Source: the human T2T-CHM13v2.0 reference genome, Homo sapiens
DNA length: 64,000 nucleotides
Assembly: GCF_009914755.1 (NCBI RefSeq)
Contig: NC_060932.1
Strand: one strand, 5' to 3'
Part shown: in pieces, positions 31,757 to 44,965 of the stretch
How positions within the stretch are numbered: the first letter of the stretch is position 1
How the letters are laid out: every line of letters begins with the position of its first letter
Translations under genes and position numbers: made by a program
The notes under the pieces: model-generated
What the model was told of the DNA's origin: nothing
The model's database searches: none
The model's input: only the letters and a program-made list of their open reading frames with translations

Positions 31757-33559
31757 TTCCCAAGAATTCTTGACATTGATTTGGCTGTATTTTGCTTTTC
31801 TTTCCTGGTTTTTAGGATTGTTAAGATAGTATTACACTGATATGATAGGTATTTTTACATATTCAAGGGCCCTAAAAATTGGAGTACAGTCTGAAACTTC
31901 CTGGGCCCTCCACATGTTAGTGTAACATAGTTTAAGGAAAACAGAAAAATTACCCCCCAAGGGTTAATTCAAAAGATAAGGAAAATACAAAGAAAAAAGG
32001 AAACAAGTTCAAAGGCCTGGGCACAAATGAAGCTAGGTCTGCATTCTATATTTAATAATGACATTGACTACTAATCATATTATTGGGAGCTTACCATATA
32101 CTAGATGCTGTTGTAAATAATTACATATATTGTCATTTAATCCTCAGCAAAATTATTTGAAGTTGTACTATGATCACCATCCCTATTTCACAGGCAAGAA
32201 ACGGTAGCATACAAAAACAGGTGGGCCATATTTGGTCCATGGGCCTTACTGACCAAGACCAAGTGACTACCCTTAAGGCTCAGCTTATTCACCTGTAAAA
32301 TGGGTTAAGTACACTTGCCCTGGCTAATTCATAGTATTGAGAAATTCATAGGTGGGAAAATACATACAAGTGTTTGCAGACATTTATCTAAATTTTGATG
32401 CTTACAGAGTAATCCTCACAACAACCACTTGAGACCTTTCCCAGATGAAGACCCAAGAGATGAAGCAATTTGCTTGTAATCCCTCAGCTAGTCAGCTGCT
32501 GACTGGATGGGGCAGTGGAAAAAGGGCAAGGCTGAAGCCTAAGACCTGACCACTTGCCTCTAGCAGCCTTAGAGTCTCGCTTAATCCTCTGATTATCACT
32601 TTCCTCACCTGCAAAACAGTGAGGACAATACCCAGTGATATTCTGAATGACTGCTGTGAGAATTAGGAATCAAGTCAGTAAAGTGTCACATGCAGAAAGC
32701 TCTAGATGAATTGCAGCTGCTAATTGATTATTATCACAGAATTAATCTAAAAATGAAGCTCAAATCTCTGACCTCAAATCCTGTGAAAAACACGCACTTT
32801 TAAGACCTTTTACTGAAACTGCTTAGCTCGTTATACTCGTTATCAATATCTCTATCCTATTACAAAAATGAACATAGGTGAAATCTTCAGTAAAAGCATT
32901 CTTTCATTTAATCAGGAGGAAAAAAATACAATTCCTTCTTAATTTTAGTTTATAAAATCTTACTCCTTTAGTATAAAGGAGGATAAAGTTTCATGCAAGC
33001 AGTATATGAAGTAGATGGGAAATGTAAGACATAGAATGTGATTTAAAATTTTTAAATTTCTACCTTAAGTGCTATCAACTATTTGAAAAACCAATTATCA
33101 TTATTGCTGATATTTCCCTAATTCCGTTAGTTTCTGTGAGTCTTTAAAATCATTTTTCATTCTTTCCTTTCTAATATCTCATTCCCAAACTAAGAATTAT
33201 CACACAGATACCACACTTGGGAAACAGAGTGTATGGACCGCTACCATTTACAGCTTTCAAGTGTTACTAATTTTGCTTTTGACATTTTTTAAGAACTCTC
33301 AAAGTTTTAATAATGAAATCTAGGAAATTTACTAGGAATACATACAACTCAAACTTACCACTAAAATGTGATTAAGAAATTGATAGTTATCCTTTCCATG
33401 CCAAAGCCCTAAGCAATTTTTAAAATATTTTGCATACCATTTTGTACTTGGTTCTGTTGGATCAAAAGCACATTTTGCCTTTCATTAAATACTAAACTAT
33501 ATTTATTTTCATAAATAATTATCTCATAGCAGTAACACAAATGTGAAAATAAATATTAC

Positions 33560-33577
33560 CGTCCCCACTAATTTCAT
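33560..33577 (-). CDS. PTK2: PTK2 neural microexon Box 6 (18 nt, DEISGD)
   Basis: ggatctgcag|ATGAAATTAGTGGGGACG|gtaata; phase 1/1, encodes the known FAK Box 6 peptide. Long CU-rich tract upstream. Confidence 0.95.
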
Positions 33578-34700
33578 CTGCAGATCCGGGTGGCATGCAA
33601 AGAAAGGGAAGTAGGGAACAGAGGGAGGGAGACATAGGAAGGAGAAGAGGGAAGAGAGGGGAAAACACTATTAAAATGACAAGTAAACCAAAGTGTAAGA
33701 AAAATAAAAAAAAATTACCCCCCAGGGTTTAATTCAAAAGATAAAGAAAGACTGTAGTGGTAGTATGTTTACTTGAATTTGAGGGCATAATGCTAAGTTT
33801 AAAGCTGTCAATGTATTACATGAAGTTACACAGCTAAAGTATTACAGAGTGTAAACTGGATTCTGCCACACTAAGCAAAGTTAATTTGACTGCCTCTTAC
33901 AATTAAATTTTAAAAATGGTTTCTACCTTCCTCAAAGGGAACTTGTGTCCCCTCAGATAAAAATGCAAACAAACTAGTCATTAATCTGTATGTTTAGTTA
34001 CAAGAAGAGAATAAGCCCTCAGCAAGCCCATTCCAATAAGCCAGTGGGATTTAAATATTATAAGGTAGACATAGGCCAGGCCCACTACTATAAACTGTGG
34101 GGAGTGCAGTACTTGAAGCTCTGCTGACAACGAAGGTTCCCATTTAAGTTTGCACAGAATAAATTTTGTTTTGAATAGTCTGGAGAAATTACTGTTTCAA
34201 TTATTATAAATAATCTTTGCTTTCCTAGAAAATGCTCCAAATGGCATAGCTGCCTCTACTATGCAGCAGCCCTAAATATCTGTCCCCAAAGCATGAAAAG
34301 CAGACAACTAGGGAGTCACTTTGGCCATTCTCCTTCATTCAGTTGCATGCTATATTAGGAAATCCATGATGCAAAAAGTGTGATCCTGCTGACCTCTGTG
34401 GGAAAACACTCAAACAACACAAATGAAACTGAGAAGCGACTTCTTGCCCTGTCATGCATTTAAAAACCAGCAAACAGGCAAACAAAAAATCTTGTATTCA
34501 AGAGAGTAACCCAAAAACAGTGACATAAAACCTTGCCCCCACCCCAATCCCCTTATTGCTTCTGAACAATGAACAGCACATACACTAATATTCAATAAAG
34601 CTATGATCTGTTCAGGATAATCTATAAGCATCAGGTTAGAGTTAGTTTCTCTGGAGTGCTCTGGTTAATAGGAGAGCCTGTGCAAATATGAGTGCAGTAC

Positions 34701-34784
34701 CCGTAGAAGGAGGATCATGGGAACAGAAGACCAAAGGGAGAAAGCGCCTAGCTTTCTTAACTTTATGTTGGCAGTGACTGACTC
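34701..34784 (-). CDS. PTK2: PTK2 alternative exon Box 28 (84 nt, 28 aa)
   Basis: cctctttataaag|GAGTCAGT...TCTACGG|gtactg; phase 1/1, translates GVSHCQHKVKKARRFLPLVFCSHDPPST. Confidence 0.92.
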
Positions 34785-35764
34785 CTTTATAAAGAGGCAA
34801 GAGGGGAAAGAGAAAAATAGAAACAAATTATTTCAATACAAAAGACAACTTTTGTTACATTTAAAGGCTTATCTATAAAAACAGATACAAAATTGCAATG
34901 CTTTTATTTTGACTATTGGCATGCCTTATTTCTTACTATGATTGACTTGAGTTTTAAAAAACATACTAATATTTTTAAATTTAATTTCCTGTAGATTAGC
35001 ACTTGATACAGAAACAAGACGTAAGAATCTCCCAGCTCTGTAGAGCCAGCCAGTTGAATATTCAGATATTTTTCCAAATGACAACAGTCACAGGAAAAAA
35101 CAAAGACCAATAAATAATTCAAGACTCTTGTGAACATTTAACATTCAACCATAGCAGAAAAATAGCAGATCTTCATTTGTGAAAGAGTTTTACGAACAAC
35201 TTTCCCCAAATCATTAGCAAAGACACACTCACAGCTCTTGAGTTATATACTTTACATAAATTACCTTAACATAAAAACTGGCGATGAGGATCTTTGAAAA
35301 CACAGGTTGCAAAACCTCTACTAGCATTACGGATTCATTTGCTCACTCATTCATGTACTCAAAGCTCATTTTAGAGTCAAAAAGCTGGATCGATAAAACA
35401 CATCTCAGCTCTCCAGAAGCATATAGCAAAATGAGAAAATAAGCAGCAACTGCAGTATGGTAATGGCAATAGTGGACAAGTGTGAAAGTGAAGTCAAAGC
35501 CAGGGATGCAGGGATGTAGCCCTTTAAGATGCAGCAGTCATTAACAAATGACAGACACAGGTAACATCAACATTTAACTGCATACTCACGGGGTATCATA
35601 AAGAAAGATCAGAAGTATGGACCCAAGAACAAGGGTCAGGACTGTTTGCCCATCAAGATGGTAACAATCTTATTGACATTGTCAATATATTAGCAACAGA
35701 AATGAGAACAGAAATGTACACTTCAGTAATATTTTTCAAACGGTATGCTTTGATCCTATTAACA

Positions 35765-36072
35765 TTTTTTTTTTTTTTTTTTGAGACAAAGTCTCGCTCT
35801 TCTCCCCCAAGCTGGAGTGCAATGGCACGATCTTGGCTCACTGCAACCTCTGCCTCCGGGTTCAAGCGATTCTCCTGCTTCAGCCTCCCGCGTAGCTGGG
35901 ATTACAGGCGCCTGCTACCAAGCCCAGCTAATTTTTGTATTTTTTTTTTTTTAGTAGAGTCAGGGTTTCACCATGTTGGCTAGGTTGGTCTCAAATTCCT
36001 GACCTCAGGTGATCTGCGCACACTGGCCTCCCAAAGTGTTGTGATTACAGGCATAAGCCACCGCGCCCGGCC
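35765..36072 (-). mobile_element. AluS
   Basis: Full reverse-complement Alu. Confidence 0.92.
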
Positions 36073-36213
36073 GATCCCAGTAACATTTACTGACAATTTC
36101 ATCTTATTGCTTGACTTAAAAGCTACCTTTACACACACTAAATTTCTGGACTTTGTATATGATGGCCCTAGAGGAAAGCATAAACTGGTCTCTCAGTTAA
36201 GAAGATGGGCCTG

Positions 36214-36409
36214 CCAGCCTGTGTAACATAGCAAGACCCTGTCTCTACAAAAAAATTCAAAAATTAGCCAGGTGTGGAGTCACGTACCCGTGGGCCCAGC
36301 TATTGAGGAGGCTGAGTTGGGAGGACTGCTGGAGCCAGGAGGTAGAGCCTGGACCACAGAAGCAGAGCCTCTGAACTCCAGCCTGGCGACAGAGGGAGAC
36401 CCTGTCTCG
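36214..36409 (+). mobile_element. 5'-truncated old Alu lacking a poly(A) tail
   Basis: Alu linker and right arm. TSD AAGATGGGCCTG at 36202-36213 and 36412-36423. Confidence 0.82.
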
Positions 36410-36424
36410 CCAAGATGGGCCTGA

Positions 36425-36840
36425 CAACTGGATGCACTGTGTGATGCAGGATGAATTCTGGACTGGAGGCTGGGGAAGGGAAAGATCAGGAAGCAACAGC
36501 GATACGGAACATTACTGGTATGAAATAATTTAGACTGCGGATAAGAGCATTTCTTCAGTATTAAATTTCCTGATTTTGATAATTATACTCTGATCACATA
36601 AGATGATATCTTTGGTCTTAAACACACACTGAAATGTTTATAAGCAGCACCATGTCTGTAACTTGTTTTCACATGGTTCAAGGAAAAAACTAACAACAAC
36701 AACAACAACAAAAAACCCATAGAGTGATAAAGCAAGTGAGCCAAAATATAAATATAGTGAAATGGAGGAAAGAACATATGAGACATCACGTTACTATTCT
36801 TACAACTATTCTCCAAGCGTAAAGTTACAGAAAAATAAAA
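36425..36840 (+). mobile_element. Ancient L1 (L1MC/L1ME-type) 3'UTR fragment
   Basis: ttaaatttcctgattttgataattatac, tactattcttacaact motifs. Confidence 0.55.
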
Positions 36841-38515
36841 GATATATGGAACACTAGCTCTGGGGCCAGACAGTTTGGATTCAAATACTGGCTCAATTAT
36901 TCATTCTGACCTTGGATACACTGCTCAACTTCTGTTGCTTAGTTTTCTTATTGTAAAATGGGGTTATAACAGAAGCTACCTCCATTAAGGAGGTTGGGAA
37001 AGGATTCCATGGGATTCTCTGGGCACCCAGAACAGAGTGACCACTCCACAAGTGCTAGCTCTTCTTACTTTTCTACTGTTCATTTCTAAACTGGACTGAA
37101 TATTCTTTATACTAACTTAAAAAGTGAATTTTTTAAAAAAGTACAACTCTTTTTGAGTAATACCAAGAATATTATCACACATCATAAAAACAAAAACAAA
37201 AAGGATTAGGACTTTTATTGTATTCAAGATAATCATTTTAATTATTGAACACCTGCCATAAACTAGGCATACCATGTAGGTGCTGGAGTTAGAACAGTGA
37301 ACAAAATAGAAACCCAAACTTTCAAATTATTGAGCTTACGTTCTAGTAAGGGAGAAGGAAGATAAAATAAGTAAATTTTATGGCATGTCAACATGTAAGT
37401 GCTAGGGAAAAACCAGCAGAAGGAATATTTTCAAGTGGGGCTACCATTTTAAATATGGTGATTATGGAGGGAGTCATCTGCAAAGACTTCCAGGAGGAGA
37501 GGGAAAGGGCCATGCACACATCAGGGGAGGCCAGGCAGCACACACACAGGCCTTGGCTCTGCAGAGGTCAGTGTGAACACGTGCTGAGGAGCAGCAGGGA
37601 GGTCAGGTGAGGTGGATGAAGAGTTGGGAGTGGGAAGGGGGAGGTGGCACTGAGATGCACTCAGTGAGGTCCCAGAGTGTCTAAGACCTCTTAGCTCCTG
37701 GTAAGGGCACTGGCTTTTATTCTAAATGATGTCAAGAGTCATTCAGAATATTGTTTCCTTTTAAAGGAAAAGAGAGAGTTCCTACATTGTTTCACAAATT
37801 CTAGGAATGTGAAGATAATGGGTAAGGCCACTAGTCAAGAAAAAAATGCCTTTCAACAATTGCTCCGGGCCCGGGTGCAGGATAGGGGTGAGGAGGGCAT
37901 GACTGAAGCCCCATACTCCTGCCTCTCTGGGACTGATAAATTTTGCAGACCTCACATACCTCAGGCTGCTCTGAGCAGCTTTTCCTTTCTCACCAGTCCA
38001 ACTTTCTATGTGATTACGCTGGTTCAGATTTACCTCAGTCTCAACTAGCTTACTGCAATCCTACCTATTCCCTTTTAGAAGGCTCCCAGGAAGCCTTTGA
38101 AAAATGACAGACGATGTCACTCTTCTCATTCTCTGCTCTCTTTTGTACTGAGTTACTTGTTCTCTTTGGCTTTTGCGGTACAGGGATTACTCCATACTGT
38201 GAGGGAGAACTTGAACTTTGTATGTGTGGCAATGTGTGATCAATTGGCAAGTCACCAGCAAAAGCTGCAGTTTTGGAGTGGCTGACAGTGGTCACAGTGA
38301 ATGGTTATAACTGCAGAGGGCTACTTACTTCTCTACACATTTAGATAAGAAAAGCAGTTTGAACACTTGGAGGCTAAGGAAACACTCACCACCAACGGGT
38401 AAGACTCCTATGGAAGATGGCAGAATGGGCTGATTGGTGTTGGGTCACCCATCAGCATCACAGGAGTGTCTCTCCAGCATGGAACACTGTGGAACATTGT
38501 GTAGCGTGGTCCTAT

Positions 38516-39136
38516 TATCAGAGGCATCCGACCCAGAACAACTCCATCTTGAATAGGGGCTCGGTAAAATAAGACTGAGACCTACTGGGCTGCGTTCCCA
38601 AGAGGTCAGGAATTCTAAGTCACAGGATGAGACAGGAGGTTGATAGAAGATACAAGTCATAATAAAGACCTTGCTGATAAAACAGCTTGTGGTAAAGATG
38701 CTGGCCAAAACCCACCAAAACCAAGATGGTGACAAAAGTGACCTCCAGTCATCTTCACTGCTTACTATATGCTAATTATAATGCATTAGCATGCTAAAAG
38801 ACACTCCCACCAATGCCAGGACAGTTTACAAATGCCATGGCAAGGTCAGGAAGTTACTCTGTATGGTCTAAAAAGGGGAGGAACCCTCAGTTCTGGGAAT
38901 TGCCCACCTCTTTCCCAGAAAACTCACTAATAATCCACCCCTTGTTTAGAATATAATCAAGAAATAACTGTAAGTATCCTTAGTCCAGCAGCCCACACTG
39001 CTGCTCTGCCTATGGAGTAGCCATTCTTTTATTCCTTTGCTTTCATTTTACCCTATGGATTTGCCTCAACTTCTTTCTTCAGCCAGATCCAAGAACCCTC
39101 TCTTGGGGTCTGGATCAGAACTCCTTTCAGGTAACA
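38516..39136 (+). mobile_element. Solo LTR, MER41B-like (ERV1)
   Basis: tatcagaggc...caactccatcttgaataggggct...ctaattataatgcattagcatgctaaaagacactcccacc...gatccaagaaccctctcttggggtctggatc...gtaaca follows the MER41B consensus. Confidence 0.88.
38891..38920. promoter_or_regulatory. Tandem GAS (STAT) motifs in MER41B
   Basis: TTCTGGGAA (38891-38899) and TTCCCAGAA (38912-38920), both TTCN3GAA. Confidence 0.7.
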
Positions 39137-39186
39137 CCATGGTATTTCCCTCTTTCGGGGGAACCAGGATTCAATGTAAAAGTGGG

Positions 39187-39627
<441 letters not shown>

Positions 39628-39984
39628 CTTGATTTTTATGCTGGGCCTTCCAGCTATGCCTGCTTTTCAAATATTTAAATACTAGGCCCTGAAAACTGCA
39701 AATGCTTTATTTGCCCAGTTCATTAAAGGGCTCCAACTTGAAGTCAGTAATCTAATTAAAAAACAAGCTAAGTTGAAAAGGACACCTATCAAAATAAATC
39801 AGTCTCCAAAATACAACTTTCTGACATTTAGCTGCTTATTTTGAAATCCTCTGTCAGAGAAATTTACACCTATAAAGGAAATTACCATTTTTAAGGGTAT
39901 CTTCGCCCCTGCACCTAAACCACTAAAATATTATCTTCACATTCCTGGAATCTGTGATATAAAGAACAATGGACAATCAATAGT

Positions 39985-40302
<318 letters not shown>

Positions 40303-41066
40303 TAATGCCAATTTTTGGTAAACAATTTAAGAACTGTCTGTTCTTTTTTCCTTTACAAATCCACTTGTAATTGCTGCTAATCAGAGTACCTATATAGGAC
40401 AACTTCAATCTATGACTTGGTCTTCTAAATATATTCCCAGTGTAAACCCTAAAGGAAAAAACTTAGGCAAAATTAATATAAGTACAGAGTTTATTTGCAG
40501 GAGCAATTTGGATTTGTTAATAGATTGGATATGGGAGAAGAAAACAAAGAATAGCATCAAAAATAACCCCAAGGATAATCTGACCAGCCAGAAGGAAAGT
40601 AGTGCCATTTAGTGAGTGGAGAAGGGGAGAGAAGCAGGCTTGGCGTGAATATCAGTTCCTTTTGAGTATATTAAGTCTGAAATGCTTATGAGACATCAGA
40701 TTCCACATGGCGAGAACATAGTGGCCACGGGTCTGGAGTTCAAGAAAGAAGTCTGAAAAACTAAGATAACAATCTGAGAGTCAGCAGCATAATTAAGTCA
40801 TGAAACACAATGAGATCCCCAAGGGTGTGACTGTGGCTGACACAAAGTGTCAGAAGAACTGAGTCCTGGGATCCTCAGGCGCGAAGTGCTGAATAATGAG
40901 TGAAGTAGGAAGAATATGGTATTCTGGAAGCAAAAGCAGGGCAATTTCAATAAGGAGCAACACTGAATCGCAATAACTCACATAAAGAGTTCTTCTATCA
41001 TAAGCGGACCAGTGATGTCAGAAGGGGGCTACTAAGGCGGGGAAACCACAGTGGGTGATGTGCTAA

Positions 41067-42129
41067 TGAAACCAGAGCTAACCTGATTAAGCCTGCCAAA
41101 CTTAACCTGCCTTGTTTGCTGTATTAGGCCATTATTGTATTGCTATCAAGAAATACCGGAGACTGGGTAATTTATAAAGAAAAGACGTTTTAATTGGTTC
41201 ACAGTTCTGCCAGCTTCATGGAAAGCATGGTGCTGACATCTTTTTGGCTTCTGGGGAGGCCTCAGGAAGCTTACAATCATGGCAGAAGGTGAAGAGGGAG
41301 CAGGCACATCACACAGCAAAAGCAAGAGCAAGGGGTGGGGTGGGGAAAAGCCACATACTTCAAAGGACCAGGTTCTAATGTGAACTAAGAGCCAGAGCTC
41401 ACTCATCACCAAAGGAACGGCCCACGCCATTCATAAGGGATCTGCCTCATGATTCAAGCACCATCCACCAGGCCCCACCTCCAAAACTGGGGATTACATT
41501 TCAACATGAGATTTGGGCAGGGACAAATATCCAAATGATATCAGTTGCTTTTAGTCGCTTAGATCTAAAAACTCCCACTAGCAAGTCAAATAGCCAGACA
41601 ATCCATAACTAAACTCCCATTAGCTTCCTGTAGGTCACTGCAGTAATGGGTGCTTTAAGTTGTTTTTCAGGAAGTAGGGGGCAGCTCTTGTCCCGCTCAA
41701 GCAGCTTGAGGCCACCAATCCTTCAAATGGGCTTATGCCAATGCAGGAGAGATGACCATATGACATCAGAGAGCTGAAAACTCTTCCCTCAGATCAGGGT
41801 AATGCTACCATTTTCTGAACACGCGTTCTATGAAGAGTCAGGAAGCCTGACTATGTGTGGGCAGATCACTTATTAACTCACTTTTCCTTATACCCAATCA
41901 CTTTTTCCCATGCCTTCAACTGCCCTGCTCCTCTATCCCATAAATATCCCTAAAACTTCATCTTTGGAGAGGCATATTTGACATTTGTTCTCTCATCTCC
42001 TCACACGGCAGCCTTGGGAATGAGATCTTTCCCCTTTGGCAAAACCTGTTGCCACAATGATTGGCTTGCTGCACGTTGGGAAAAAAAACTAACAGTAGTA
42101 GAGCAGGGAAAATTCCTGACCAGGTAACA
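41067..42129 (+). mobile_element. ERV1-class LTR (MER4-group, subfamily uncertain) interrupted by an MST LTR
   Basis: TG...gtaaca termini, cataaatatccc TATA-like region, tttggagaggcatatttgac...tctcctcac R/U5-like segment. Confidence 0.5.
41120..41543 (-). mobile_element. MaLR LTR (MSTA/MSTB-like)
   Basis: tgtattag...gagactgggtaatttataaagaaaaga...ggaggcctcaggaagcttacaatcatggcagaagg...tttcaacatgagatttgg...atatca. Confidence 0.85.
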
Positions 42130-42168
42130 AGTGATAGAGGGTAGACTGGTAACAAATTAGACTTAATT

Positions 42169-42441
42169 GGGCTGGGCCTGGTGGCTCATGCCTGTAATCC
42201 CAGCACTTTGGGAGGCTGAGGCACATGGACCACTTGAGGCCAGGAGTTTGAGACCAGCTAACATGGAGAAATACTGTCTCTATCGAAAATACAAAAATTA
42301 GCCAGGCATCTGTAGTTCCAGCTACTCAGGAGGCTAAGGCACAAGAACTGCTTGAACCCGGGAAGCGGAGATTGCAGTAAGCCGAGATCGCACCACTGCA
42401 CTCCAGCCTGGGTTACAGAGAGGGGCTCTGTCTCAAAAAAA
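42169..42441 (+). mobile_element. AluS (small internal deletions)
   Basis: Dimeric Alu. Confidence 0.9.
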
Positions 42442-42963
42442 GTAGTAGATCTAACTGGGTGAGGACAAGTCATCTATTGTGAGATCAAGGCAGGCAGCAC
42501 TTATGGCTGGCAAATGCTGGAGGTTTAAGGAAAGGTTCAAAGTGGCTGTGAGATGGAATTGAAAGCAAGACCAAAGCAATGTGGTTGTGCTATTCGCTTT
42601 ACGGTTCAGTTGTGCTACAGCAGACATGGGACAGAACGAGCTGGCTTTAACTTGGCCAAGTGAGTTAAAACCAAACAAACGAGTAGGGCAGAGATGATGG
42701 GGATGTAGGCCAGGGAAGGATACAATTATTGATCAGGGGTTTTAGGCTTGTTAAGAAACCAGAGAAGACAAAAAAATGTGATGTAGACAGCAGAATGGGG
42801 ATGGGATCAAGGACAAGCTAGAAAAATTGGAGGTGGCAGTCAGAGAGGGTTTTCTTAAAATTGAAATTATAGGAGAGTTATAGTTGTAGATAAAGTGTAG
42901 GTCTCACAGGAAAGAGAAATAGCAGACAGCACCACTGGAAGAATGGAGAGAAGAGGTGCTGGG

Positions 42964-43461
<498 letters not shown>

Positions 43462-43879
43462 TCATCTCCAGTCCTAGTGCTACCATGGTTCTCAGACACC
43501 ATCAGTAGGGTTACAGAGGCACCAAGGGGTATCAGTGCCCTCCAGAGTTTTAGTTAGAGGAAGGTGACAAAGAGGAATATATAGAGAAGTCCCAGAAGAC
43601 AGAGGTGTAGTGTTTTAGAAGTTGGGGGAAACTGAGCAATAAAGACAAAACAGAGGGTATGCAGAGGGTATGCCAGCAACAAGGGAGTCTGGGGCTTCTG
43701 GAGGAACAGGTATGAATAGGGATAAAGAGCATAATGAGATTAGTCCAACTGGATCAGCATTTTCCTTTTTATTTCTAGTTACATAAGTAAGGCGATATTT
43801 TCCTTTGACCATACCTCTCAATTCTATTCTTCTCCTTGGGCATGAGGGTGTGGTGCTGACAAAGCTGAACACTACCGAA

Positions 43880-44965
43880 CTCTGTGTTCCAGCAAACAGG
43901 TTTCCCAGTAATCATCCAACCTGGGGTGGTCATGGGGGAACCTCCTATTCCAACAATGTGAAAAACACACAAATTCATACTGATATTTTAAAAAGAAAAT
44001 CTCAAAGAATGACATCTGACTAGCAAGGTATAATTTACTATTTTAAAAACTGGTAAATAAAGGAAAAGAAAAAGGCAGTTCCTGTCTTCCCAGGAGAAGC
44101 CTGCTCCCGAGGGTAATGAAGCAGCTGGTGAGGGAACGCTGTCTCTAGAAGCATTCCAGCTAAACAAAGGGAGAAGAAATGACAGGATTCACAGGGTGCC
44201 ATTTTGTGGCCTCTGATGAAATCTAAGCATTAATGTCAACAGCTGCTAAAACTATTAGGTGAAATGCTCATGGGAACGTTCTCATGTATGGATCAGAGAG
44301 TGATGGGACCTAAACCCATTGATTAGTCTTAACATCACAAAGAACAACCAGATGTACATCACCTACGAAGTATTCTTGTTGTGGGGAGGGGGGGAATCAA
44401 GCCCAAACTGGATCAAACTTCTTTAGGTTCTAACAAGCAGCTGATGGGAAATAAACGGGCCAGAAAAGAATAGGTTAAACAAGACAGCATCACAGAGATG
44501 TAATCAGCCTAATCCAGAATATGAGAATAGGACAAGGGACACAATTTCTTCAACAGAGTAATTGCAACTAGTAACAATCAACCAACAAGGTCTAGCTGAC
44601 ACATACAGGAGATACTCAAGCAAATTCACAAAGTACTTCTTGTCTGATTCTTGTTTAGACGAAACCACATATGAAAATGGGACAATCAGGGATATTTGAA
44701 CACTGACTGGATAGCTGATAATGTTTTGTAAAAAAAGTCTCATCTTTTAGGAATAGTTACAGGTGAAATATGCCTTAGATTTGCTTTAGAATAACCAATA
44801 GGGATTATGTGTGTATGTAAGTGGACAGAGGCAGAGGTGAAATAAAATTGGCCAGAAGTTTTTAGTTGCTGAATCTGGGTGATGATGATACGAAAAATCA
44901 TGATACAATTCTATTCTCTCTTTTCTGTATATGCTTGAAATTTTCCATAAAAAGTTTTAAAAACT
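43880..44965 (+). mobile_element. Ancient L1 (L1MC-type) 3'UTR
   Basis: End motif ttctattctcttttctgtatatgcttgaaattttccataaaaagttttaaaa and internal gatatttgaacactgactggat. Confidence 0.6.

Noticed and set aside
33719-33751. Possible 33-nt extra microexon (cag|TCTTTC...GGGGG|gtaatt) upstream of Box 6
   Set aside because: No pyrimidine tract before the AG and an in-frame TAA. Mentioned only as part of the 40-nt repeat finding.
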